NCBI GenBank assembly: GCA_041746575.1 | Contig: JBGTGT010000019.1 | Coordinates: forward strand, 1 to 11,230 | Direction: 5' to 3' | DNA length: 11,230 nucleotides | Source: Microcystaceae cyanobacterium | GTDB taxonomy: Bacteria > Cyanobacteriota > Cyanobacteriia > Cyanobacteriales > Microcystaceae | Shown here: in pieces, positions 1-7,827 of the stretch | Layout: every line of letters begins with the position of its first letter | Numbering within the stretch: the first letter of the stretch is position 1 | Program-made: the position numbers and the translations under genes | Notes under the pieces: model-generated | Databases searched by the model: none | The model's input: only the letters and a program-made list of their open reading frames with translations | What the model was told of the DNA's origin: nothing

Positions 1-146
1 CCCCGTAATTTTCAGGACGTATTTACAAGGACATAAAATCTCTTCAAAATCTAAATAAATCGTTATTTCCACGGATAAATAAGCTTAATTTGCTCGATTA
101 AATCGGGAATCTTCATAGGGAACCCCCAAGATTACCCTTGAGTCCT

Positions 147-3100
147 ATGAATTTTGAATTTTCTGATTCTGAGCCAATTTCTCTGCTTTCGTCCACCCCG
201 TTGATGGCTAGTCAGCTGGAGTTAACCCCAACCCCCTCTTCTTCCCTCGAAAACCCTACTATTCTAGAAGAAGGGACAATCGCACAGTTTAATGCCATGT
301 TGGCTAATGAGCAAGACACTGACCTGTTGATTGCCAATCACTCCCTAGACCCCCTCACTGGCGTAGCGAGCGCCCCTAATCCTTCTGTGTTCAGCCTCGG
401 ATTAATGAATGCCGTAAGCGATCAATGGGTACCCGGCTTTGAAAATTTAGGGGCTAACAACACAATTAACCTTAATGGCTTAAATCTGACCCAATATAAT
501 ATTGTGGCTTTGGTTAACCCAGACCACGTTAACGCCGGAGCGGTATCTAGCATCCGCTTTGAGTCGAGTCTCGGTAACAAAATAGAGAATGTCGCCCCCT
601 ACGCTCTGTTCGGTGACAATGGCAAGGGCGACTATTATGGTAAAGCGGTTAATCTAGGCAATTATTCCTTTAAAGCCACCGCTTATAGTGGCAAAACCGC
701 TAGCGGTAACCTGCTAGACACGGTCAATTTGAATGTTAATTTTGTTAATAATATTGACAATCCTCCCCCAGAACCGTCACTGCTTTCAATTGCGGATATC
801 AGCGTTGATGAAAACAGTGGGACTGCTACCTTTAGCGTCAATCTTTCCAAAACGAGCAATACCCCCGTCACGGTTAATTATGCGACGGCTAATGGCAGCG
901 CGCTCGCCGGTAGTGATTATGTCGCTACTAATGGTACCTTAACCTTTGCCCCTGGAGAAACCACCCAAGAAATTACTGTCTCTGTGATTGATAATGTGAT
1001 TTCTGAAGCTGAAGAAACCTTTACCCTCAACCTGTCTAATGCAGTGGGGGCTAAGATTGCTGCTGGAGTAGGAAAGGCAACTATTCGAGATAATGATTTT
1101 GTGCTTTATCGGGTTAATGCCGGAGGAGAATCCGTCGCCGCCGCCGATGGAGGGCTAAGCTGGAGTGGGGATACTGCCACCAATCCCTCGTCTTATCTCG
1201 TCACCAGTGAAAATAAATTGGTCACCTCAAGCCAAACGGTTAACTTGTCTCACCCTACCTTGCCCCACGAGGGCGAAGTGGCAACTCTTTTCCAAAGTCA
1301 CCGCCATGATGGTGCCTCAAATCCCCAAATGACTTGGGCTTTCCCTGTTGCTACGGGTAGTGAGGTCGAAGTGCGTTTCTATTTTGCGGAATGGTGGAAT
1401 AATAATACGCTGGGCGCACGGGTATTTGATATAGCCGTAGAGGGTTCAGTTCCAGCCGCTTTCGACAATATTGACCCGGTGGCGAGTGCTGGACAGTGGA
1501 AAACGGGTTTTATGCGTTCTCATAAGGTCACGGTGCAAGATGGGATCTTGAATCTTGATTTTGTTAATCATATTGGCAATCCTGCCGTCGCTGCTTTTGA
1601 GATTCTCAAGGTCGCTAATACGCCTAAAAATCCGGATGTTCCGAGTAATCCGCCTTCTCTGACGATGGGAGATGTGACGGTTAATGAGAACGATGGTCAA
1701 GCGACTTTTACGGTTAATCTTTCTCAGGCGTCTAGTGTCCCCATCACGGTTAATTATGCTACGGCTAATGGCAGTGCGCTCGCTGGTAGTGATTATCTGG
1801 CGACTAATGGCTCTTTGACCTTTGCGGCTGGGGAAACCCGTCGCACCTTCTCGGTGAATCTCAAAGATGATACTCAATTTGAAGAAAGTGAAACTTTTAC
1901 GGTCAATTTGAGTAATGTCACTGGCGGTGCCACGATTACAAAAGGCATGGCAACTGCGACCATTCTTGATAATGATACCCCTGTTGTTCCGGGAACGAAA
2001 AGCAGTTTAGACCGCAAAGTAGAAACAAAGGATTTGACTGCTCTGCAAGAAATTTATAACGTAACTTTTGATAAGCGAGGTAAACCTGACGTTCACATCA
2101 GTTTAGCGTCGAGTAACACGATTTTGCTTAAAGTTCAGCAAAATGAGTATATTAATGATGCCCGCACCAAGGAAGATTTTGTCCCAGAGATTTTTAACAA
2201 TAATCTTACCGTCGATAATGTGAATATTGTGTTACCGAATGGAAACGTGATTAAACCGCTGGCAGTGCATCGCAAAACCAAGATCGCTGACTCCCTCAAA
2301 CAGGTTAACAATAATTTCATCTTAGATCACTTTTTTCACATCGAATTGCCTCAATCCCTGAGTGTGAACGGGAATTACACCGTTCGGTTTACAGGAGGCA
2401 ATCTGGAGAATATTAGCTTTAGCCCCCAAAATTCCGTCTCTTTAGCCATTCATCACGCGCGTGCTTACGATATTGATGATCCCGTTAAACACGCTAAGTT
2501 ATCGAGTTGGGATGGGGTATCTGGGGTGAACTATCAAGAGGGAACAGTGTTCCGCATCCGCAATGAAGCAACAGGATCGGTCGTTCACACGGGTACGATC
2601 ACACTGGACACTGCAAATGACGTTTTTGCAGGCACTAATGTATATAATCTTGATTTTAGCGCAGTTAAACAAGCCGGATCTTATCGAATCGAAGTCGACG
2701 GCATCGGTCAATCCTTAGCTTTTGATGTTCGTCAGGGCGTGTGGGAATCGCTGTTAGATTTATCGATGGAAGGGTTATATGTTCACCGCGCTTTTGCCAA
2801 AATGGAGCAACCCTATACCAGTTACGAACGACCGGGTAATCCTAATATCGTCTTTTATCAAAGTAGCGTCTCAGAAGCGGATCTGACTTTTTCTCTCAAA
2901 AATCTAGACGCAAGATTCGACCTTCTACCAGCTAGTGCTGATTATAGCAATCCCATCAAACTGACGGGTGGCTGGTTTGATGCCGGAGATTATGATACAC
3001 AGACACGACATATACCCATTATTGCGTCCCTCGTTGATCTCTACAACAGCAATCCTGATTATTATCGCAACTTCAACCCGAATATCCCTGAATCCGGTGA

Positions 3101-5165
3101 TAATATTCCTGATGTTCTTAATGAAGCCCTATGGGGAATGCAACTCTACACCAGCCTTCAGCGAGCCGATGGTGGCGTATCGGGCGGATTTGAGTTCGAT
3201 AGTCATCCTAATGGAACCACAAGTTGGGAAGAAGTTAAAGCCTTTATTTACGCCCCCGATTATTATGCGAGCTATCAATTTGCAAATTCGGCAGCTAAGC
3301 TAGCGACTGCTTTGGAACCTTATGATGCGTCTCAATCGGCTGATCTGCGGGAACGGGCGATTCGAGCGATGAACTGGGCAGAAAATGAATATGCTCGGTT
3401 ACCTGTTGAAATACAAACCAATTGGAATGTGAAACGAGCCCGACAGTTAGCGGCGGTTGAAGTTTATCGTATTACTAACACGAAACAATACCACGATATC
3501 TTTATATCCGTCAATGACCGACTAAATTATGATGCTACTTTTGTCTATGCAAAGCTAGATAGCAGTATCTATCGGGATGTCAACACCTCTTTGCAACAAA
3601 CTCTAAAAACGAAGCTGATTGAATATGGCGATACTTTAGTTAATTTTGGTCAGAAAAATGGCTTTGATACGATTAATGATCCCAGTTCGGGTCAGTATTG
3701 GGGCAATAATACCGTGATTACTACCCAAAATGGTCACTATCTTGCCATGGCACATCAGCTAACGGGGGAGGCTAAATACTTGAACGCTCTTGCGGCCAGT
3801 ATGCAATTTGGAATAGGTATAAATCCTGACAATACAGCCTATACCACGGGGACAGTTAAACGAGGACTGGCCTATGATGAACCGGATGATGTGCTTAATG
3901 CCGATGGACACCGTCTAGATGACATTCCCGATGGTATTACCATTTATGGATTTTACTCTGCAGGTTGGTTCTCTTGGTCAACCGTCAATAATGCCACCAA
4001 TAATATCTTTTTTAACGATACCACTAAGCAGTTGCAAGTGCCTCTACTGGAATCGTTTAATGACTATCACAATTTAGTGCCACTTATGGAATACACCGTA
4101 CACCAAACGATTGAAGATCAAATCTTTGCTTTTGGCTATCTGGCACAGCTCGCTCATACACCGTCTTCGCCTAATCCTGATCCTACCCCCGTTCCTCCTA
4201 CCCTGTCTATTGCAGATCTAAGCGTCAATGAAGGTGCAGGCGCGGCTACCTTTACCGTCAATTTATCCAAAGCCAGTACCCAGAAGATTACCGTAGATTA
4301 CGGAACCGTAGATAATACTGCCCTTGCAGGTCAAGATTATAATACTGCGAATGGAACGCTGACCTTTGCGGCAGGTCAAACAAGCCAAACCTTGACGGTC
4401 AACATTAAGGAGGATACGTTGGTAGAAGGAAATGAGTTCTTTACGGTTAAACTCAACCGAGCCACGGGTGCAACGATTGCGGATGGTACGGCAATGGGAA
4501 CTATTCTTGATAATGATACTGCCCCTCCCTCAGGGAGTGGAGAGCGAGTCATTTTACACGCCATGGATTATCGGAGTCCCAATGATGATCCCTATGAAGT
4601 TCCTATTACGGATGCAAAAGGAACGTTATCCAACGAAGGCACTCAGTATAATGCCAGCACTGGAAAGTGGGTTACCCCTCAAAATCAAATCTTCTGGGGC
4701 GATATTCAAATCAGTGGCATTGCCGCCGATGGACAACGGGGAATTGTCAAATCCACTCATGATCTGATCGGTGTTAAAAGCTACACCTATGCAACGGGGA
4801 ACTATAACAAAGCCAACTTGGATAATGCCATCAACTATATGGCAGATGAAGGCGGCACAGAGACCCTTATTCTCAATTTCCCCTACGTTGCGCAAGATAT
4901 TACCTTGACTTTAACCTTGTTAGATAATCCTAGTGAACAAGTTCGTTGGCAAGGATTTAACGCGCAGGGTTCACGGGTTAAGGAAGGTGTATTGACGACC
5001 GCCGATGGCATTAAAGTCCCAGCCCTTGATGCAGATGAATTAAACATGGGTAAAGATAAAACCTACGCGTTTGATTTGCCCCTCGCAGGGATCACTCGCC
5101 TTGAATTAAGTGCGTTACCCAATACGGGTTATGCCTTAGCGGGGATTGCTTATACCAAGCTATAG
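147..5165 (+). CDS. Large modular GH9 glycoside hydrolase (cellulase/beta-glucanase-like) with 3 Calx-beta domains, a malectin-like domain and an Ig-like (CelD_N-type) domain
   Basis: Uninterrupted ORF (TTG at 138 or ATG at 147). GH9 motif LTGGWFDAGD at 2961-2990, helix DVLNEALWGMQLYTSLQRADGG, C-terminal FNDYHNLVPLMEYTVHQT with the candidate catalytic Glu at 4089-4091. Ig-like motif YNLDFSAVKQAGSYRIEVDG precedes the catalytic domain. Pro-rich linkers separate the modules. Confidence 0.9.
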   Translation: MNFEFSDSEPISLLSSTPLMASQLELTPTPSSSLENPTILEEGTIAQFNAMLANEQDTDLLIANHSLDPLTGVASAPNPSVFSLGLMNAVSDQWVPGFENLGANNTINLNGLNLTQYNIVALVNPDHVNAGAVSSIRFESSLGNKIENVAPYALFGDNGKGDYYGKAVNLGNYSFKATAYSGKTASGNLLDTVNLNVNFVNNIDNPPPEPSLLSIADISVDENSGTATFSVNLSKTSNTPVTVNYATANGSALAGSDYVATNGTLTFAPGETTQEITVSVIDNVISEAEETFTLNLSNAVGAKIAAGVGKATIRDNDFVLYRVNAGGESVAAADGGLSWSGDTATNPSSYLVTSENKLVTSSQTVNLSHPTLPHEGEVATLFQSHRHDGASNPQMTWAFPVATGSEVEVRFYFAEWWNNNTLGARVFDIAVEGSVPAAFDNIDPVASAGQWKTGFMRSHKVTVQDGILNLDFVNHIGNPAVAAFEILKVANTPKNPDVPSNPPSLTMGDVTVNENDGQATFTVNLSQASSVPITVNYATANGSALAGSDYLATNGSLTFAAGETRRTFSVNLKDDTQFEESETFTVNLSNVTGGATITKGMATATILDNDTPVVPGTKSSLDRKVETKDLTALQEIYNVTFDKRGKPDVHISLASSNTILLKVQQNEYINDARTKEDFVPEIFNNNLTVDNVNIVLPNGNVIKPLAVHRKTKIADSLKQVNNNFILDHFFHIELPQSLSVNGNYTVRFTGGNLENISFSPQNSVSLAIHHARAYDIDDPVKHAKLSSWDGVSGVNYQEGTVFRIRNEATGSVVHTGTITLDTANDVFAGTNVYNLDFSAVKQAGSYRIEVDGIGQSLAFDVRQGVWESLLDLSMEGLYVHRAFAKMEQPYTSYERPGNPNIVFYQSSVSEADLTFSLKNLDARFDLLPASADYSNPIKLTGGWFDAGDYDTQTRHIPIIASLVDLYNSNPDYYRNFNPNIPESGDNIPDVLNEALWGMQLYTSLQRADGGVSGGFEFDSHPNGTTSWEEVKAFIYAPDYYASYQFANSAAKLATALEPYDASQSADLRERAIRAMNWAENEYARLPVEIQTNWNVKRARQLAAVEVYRITNTKQYHDIFISVNDRLNYDATFVYAKLDSSIYRDVNTSLQQTLKTKLIEYGDTLVNFGQKNGFDTINDPSSGQYWGNNTVITTQNGHYLAMAHQLTGEAKYLNALAASMQFGIGINPDNTAYTTGTVKRGLAYDEPDDVLNADGHRLDDIPDGITIYGFYSAGWFSWSTVNNATNNIFFNDTTKQLQVPLLESFNDYHNLVPLMEYTVHQTIEDQIFAFGYLAQLAHTPSSPNPDPTPVPPTLSIADLSVNEGAGAATFTVNLSKASTQKITVDYGTVDNTALAGQDYNTANGTLTFAAGQTSQTLTVNIKEDTLVEGNEFFTVKLNRATGATIADGTAMGTILDNDTAPPSGSGERVILHAMDYRSPNDDPYEVPITDAKGTLSNEGTQYNASTGKWVTPQNQIFWGDIQISGIAADGQRGIVKSTHDLIGVKSYTYATGNYNKANLDNAINYMADEGGTETLILNFPYVAQDITLTLTLLDNPSEQVRWQGFNAQGSRVKEGVLTTADGIKVPALDADELNMGKDKTYAFDLPLAGITRLELSALPNTGYALAGIAYTKL
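783..1097 (+). repeat. Calx-beta domain copy 1 (within GH9 gene)
   Basis: LSIADISVDE...ATFSVNLS...VTVNYATANGSALAGSDY...GTLTFAPGET...ETFTLNLSN...ATIRDND consensus. Confidence 0.9.
1101..1613 (+). other. Malectin-like carbohydrate-binding domain (within GH9 gene)
   Basis: LYRVNAGG start, LFQSHR, VEVRFYFAE, GARVFDIAVEG, VTVQDGILNLDF, PAVAAFEIL end: typical bacterial malectin motifs. Confidence 0.85.
1659..1976 (+). repeat. Calx-beta domain copy 2 (within GH9 gene)
   Basis: LTMGDVTVNE...TVNYATANGSALAGSDY...ATILDND; DNA 1744-1796 differs from 868-920 at only 3 of 53 nt. Confidence 0.9.
2430..4150 (+). other. Ig-like N-domain plus GH9 catalytic domain (boundaries approximate)
   Basis: GGWFDAGD, EALW...LQRADGG, GINPDNTAYTTG, PDGITIYG and MEYTVHQ motifs in the expected GH9 order. 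Confidence 0.85.
4203..4517 (+). repeat. Calx-beta domain copy 3 (within GH9 gene)
   Basis: LSIADLSVNE...TVDYGTVDNTALAGQDY...GTLTFAAGQT...GTILDND. Confidence 0.9.
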
Positions 5166-5172
5166 GGCGGCT

Positions 5173-5206
5173 ACACCTCAGTCAAACATTTACCGCAACT
5201 GAGTGT
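5173..5206. terminator. Imperfect stem-loop just after the GH9 stop (possible terminator or 3' stabilising hairpin)
   Basis: ACA(C)CTCAGT at 5173-5182 pairs with ACTGAGTGT at 5198-5206; no strong U-tract. Confidence 0.3.
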
Positions 5207-5252
5207 TCGCTTGGGATCTATTCCACTTGTTTTATGAGATAAAGTCCTGAAT

Positions 5253-5292
5253 AAGGGGATAAAGCTTGATTTTTCATTCTTTTCCCCTTTTT
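5253..5292 (+). terminator. Candidate intrinsic terminator between the convergent GH9 and glcP genes
   Basis: AAGGGGA(T)AAAG at 5253-5264 pairs with CTTTTCCCCTT at 5279-5289, running into a T tract (5288-5292). Confidence 0.45.
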
Positions 5293-5729
5293 ACATCTGC
5301 TCTAACGTTTTCCCCTTCGTTTCTTTAACAAAAAACCAGACAAAGAAAATGGAAATTGCCGCCATCAATGTATAAAGTCCATAGGCGGCTCCTAGTCCTA
5401 CACCGGTGAGTAAAATGGGAAAGGTCGTAGAAATCAGAAAGTTAGAAATCCACTGTACCGAAGCGGCTACCGATAAAGCCATGCTTCGAATTTTGTTGTT
5501 AAACATTTCACCGAGTAACACCCAAACAATTGGCCCCCAAGAAAAACCAAAGCAAAAAACATACAAATTAGCGGCAAATAGGGTAATTAGCCCCGATGTA
5601 CCGGTTAAAGTTGGTTGGCCGTTAACGATTGTTGCATTAGAAAAGACCATTGCCAACGTTCCCAAGGTTACCGTCATGCCGATTGAGCCTAACAAAAGAA
5701 GGGGTTTGCGACCAAATTGATCTACCGTG

Positions 5730-5737
5730 GCGATCGC
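5730..5737. repeat. HIP1 octamer GCGATCGC
   Basis: Exact match. Confidence 0.85.
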
Positions 5738-6169
5738 AATAAGAGTGGTAATAATATTGACTAACCCCGTAATCATCGTCACCCATAAGGCACTTTGTTC
5801 GGTGAAGCCCACGGCTTGCCACAATACGCTACTGTAATAAAAAATGACGTTGATGCCGACAAACTGTTGCAAAATGGACAAACCGATGCCAACCCACACA
5901 ATCGGCAAAATTCGCCCGCTCTGTCCCACTAAATCTGATAATCGGGGTTTTCGCTCCCGCATTACGGTTTTTTTAATCTCAACAATTATGGGTAAAATGT
6001 GGATTTCTTCGAGGAATTGGCATAAAATATCTTCGGCTGAGGAGATTCAGGAATAAATAAAGCGGCCACACCATAAAGAACGGCGGGAATAATTTCTGTC
6101 CAAAACATCCATCGCCACGCTTCAATGCCGAATAACCAAGGATTTTGGGCTGAGCCACCCGCCGCCGTT

Positions 6170-6177
6170 GCGATCGC
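6170..6177. repeat. HIP1 octamer GCGATCGC
   Basis: Exact match. Confidence 0.85.
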
Positions 6178-6715
6178 AAAATTTAGCAATAAAGCGACAA
6201 AGATTCCCGAGACAATCGCCAACTGTTGTAGCGAACCCATACGTCCTCGAAACTGAGCAGGTGCAATTTCAGCAATATAAGCAGGAGCAATCACACTAGC
6301 CGCACCAACACCAATTCCTCCTAAAATTCGCCAGAAAATAAAGTCATAAATGGTAAAAGGTATCCCCGAACCGATAGCACTCAGGGTAAATAAAGTGGCG
6401 GCAATCATCATACTTTTTGTACGTCCACTACGGTCGGCGATCGGGCCGGCGACAAATGCGCCAATGGCAGAACCAATCAATGCGAGGGAGACAGCTAAAC
6501 CAATTGTCACACTATCGGCATTAAAATGCGCTTGAATCGCTGAAACTGCCCCGTTAATAATGGCAGTATCAAAACCAAATAAAAATCCGCCTAAGGCGGC
6601 AGTACTGGCAATGAGAAGTACGAAGGGCAAATTGATTACTTTGGGGGACTGGGTAACATCGCTGTTCATAAATCAAGTTTCCTTAAAGTCGAAATGTAAA
6701 AATGAAAACCCTGCT

Positions 6716-7774
6716 TTAAAGTTGACTGGCGCAAATGGCCGCCCCCATCAGTCCTACTTTGGGATTGACAATAACATGAACAGGAATTTGTTTGAGAAGG
6801 GACTGCATTCGTCCTTTTGCTAGAAATGCCTTCATAAACCCCCCTCTTTTGATTAAGGCAATGTTTTTGGTGGCTATTCCTCCGGCAACATAAAGACCGC
6901 CATAGGGCAGTAGTTTGATGGCTAAATTACCCGCCTCTGCACCATAGGCTTCGATAAATAACTTCATGGTTTGTTGACAGAGGTAATCCTCATTTTGACT
7001 GCCTTGGGCAATTTCTGCCGAGAGATCAACGGTTTTTTCTTCTTTGCCCACTTCTGCTTTCCAACGTTGAAATTTTTCGGCCATCGCAATTGACTCTAAA
7101 CGAGGTTCTTTTTGACGCAAAAATTGATAAATAGCGGCAATACCCAAACCTGATACGACCCTTTCCACGGATACCCGCTCCAAGCCAAATTCTTCCTGTA
7201 GATAAGTCAATAATTGAAACTCTAACGGAGAACGAGGCGCAAAGTCGGCATGACCGCCTTCACTGTTAAAAACGCGGTAGCGATGAGGGGTTGCGGGGAT
7301 TAAAAAACCTTGTCCTAAGCCCGTTCCTGCGCCAATCACTGCAATGGGGGCATCGGCGTAGATTTCTGCTTCCTGTAACGTTAGTAAATCTGCTTTTTCT
7401 AGCCCTAGAATGCCATAACCAATGGCCGCAAAATCGTTAATTAAGCTTACCTTGGCAAGGGATAAGGATTTGGCTAATTGTTCTCCCGACAAAGACCAAC
7501 GGAGATTGGTTAGTTCCGAAGTATTATTGATCACTGGACCAGCAATGCCAAAACAGGCTTGGCCTACGATGATGGGTTTTTTGAGGGCATTTTGCGCCGT
7601 ATTCAGAAATTCAACCACCATTGGCACAAGGTCAATGTAGGCTTGGCTGGGATAGGTTTTCTCGTAAATCGGCGTTAAAATCAGTTTTTGAGGCGTTTGG
7701 ACGACTGAATCCGTTTCTACTAATCTGAGAATCGTTTTAGTGCCGCCAATGTCCCCAGCCAGTAAAGTCTTCAT
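6716..7774 (-). CDS. glk: Glucokinase (E. coli Glk-type family)
   Basis: LLAGDIGGTKT, CFGIAGPV, LTNLRW, LINDFAAIGYG, IGAGTGLG, SEGGHADFAP, ERVVSGLG, GGLYVAGGI, KGRM motifs; 46 bp upstream of glcP on the same strand. Confidence 0.96.
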   Translation of the reverse strand: MKTLLAGDIGGTKTILRLVETDSVVQTPQKLILTPIYEKTYPSQAYIDLVPMVVEFLNTAQNALKKPIIVGQACFGIAGPVINNTSELTNLRWSLSGEQLAKSLSLAKVSLINDFAAIGYGILGLEKADLLTLQEAEIYADAPIAVIGAGTGLGQGFLIPATPHRYRVFNSEGGHADFAPRSPLEFQLLTYLQEEFGLERVSVERVVSGLGIAAIYQFLRQKEPRLESIAMAEKFQRWKAEVGKEEKTVDLSAEIAQGSQNEDYLCQQTMKLFIEAYGAEAGNLAIKLLPYGGLYVAGGIATKNIALIKRGGFMKAFLAKGRMQSLLKQIPVHVIVNPKVGLMGAAICASQL

Positions 7775-7816
7775 AGCAAAGGAAATCCGTTGGGAAAAGG
7801 GGAGACGTTAATTTTC

Positions 7817-7825
7817 ACTTTACCA
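7817..7825 (-). promoter_or_regulatory. Candidate extended -10 element (TGg-TAAAGT) for glk-glcP
   Basis: Minus strand reads TGGTAAAGT about 43 nt upstream of the glk ATG, downstream of the psaFJ terminator; no clear -35. Confidence 0.35.
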
Positions 7826-7827
7826 AG

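Larger units (their letters stand above)
5291..6669 (-). pseudogene. glcP: Glucose:H+ symporter GlcP (MFS sugar porter), frameshifted into two ORFs (5986-6669 and 5291-5962)
   Basis: Sugar-porter motifs ALGGFLFGFDTA, DRSGR, AYIAEIAP..RG, PESP, QQFVGINVIFYY, DQFGRKPLL, GFSWGPIVWVLLGEMF, ETKGKTLEQM; closely resembles Synechocystis GlcP as I recall it. Frame switches right after PESP (6038-6040), with about 10-11 codons missing. AAGGA RBS about 10 nt before ATG 6669. Confidence 0.88.

Noticed and set aside
683..4895. Short alternative-frame and antisense ORFs inside the GH9 gene (e.g. 1446-1877, 2968-3303, 4432-4767)
   Set aside because: Shadow ORFs fully overlapping a well-supported CDS, with no recognisable motifs
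5968..5974. A7 run (minus strand) as a phase-variation or slippage site restoring glcP
   Set aside because: It lies downstream of the N-half stop codon (5986-5988), so slippage there cannot rejoin the frames
5989..6046. Programmed -1 ribosomal frameshift joining the glcP halves
   Set aside because: Both frames are open here, but there is no canonical X XXY YYZ slippery heptamer, and conserved residues are physically missing
5406..7640. Short ORFs overlapping glcP and glk (5406-5720, 5637-5822, 5844-6056, 5979-6179, 6350-6535, 6560-6823, 7422-7640)
   Set aside because: Antisense or off-frame shadows of conserved genes
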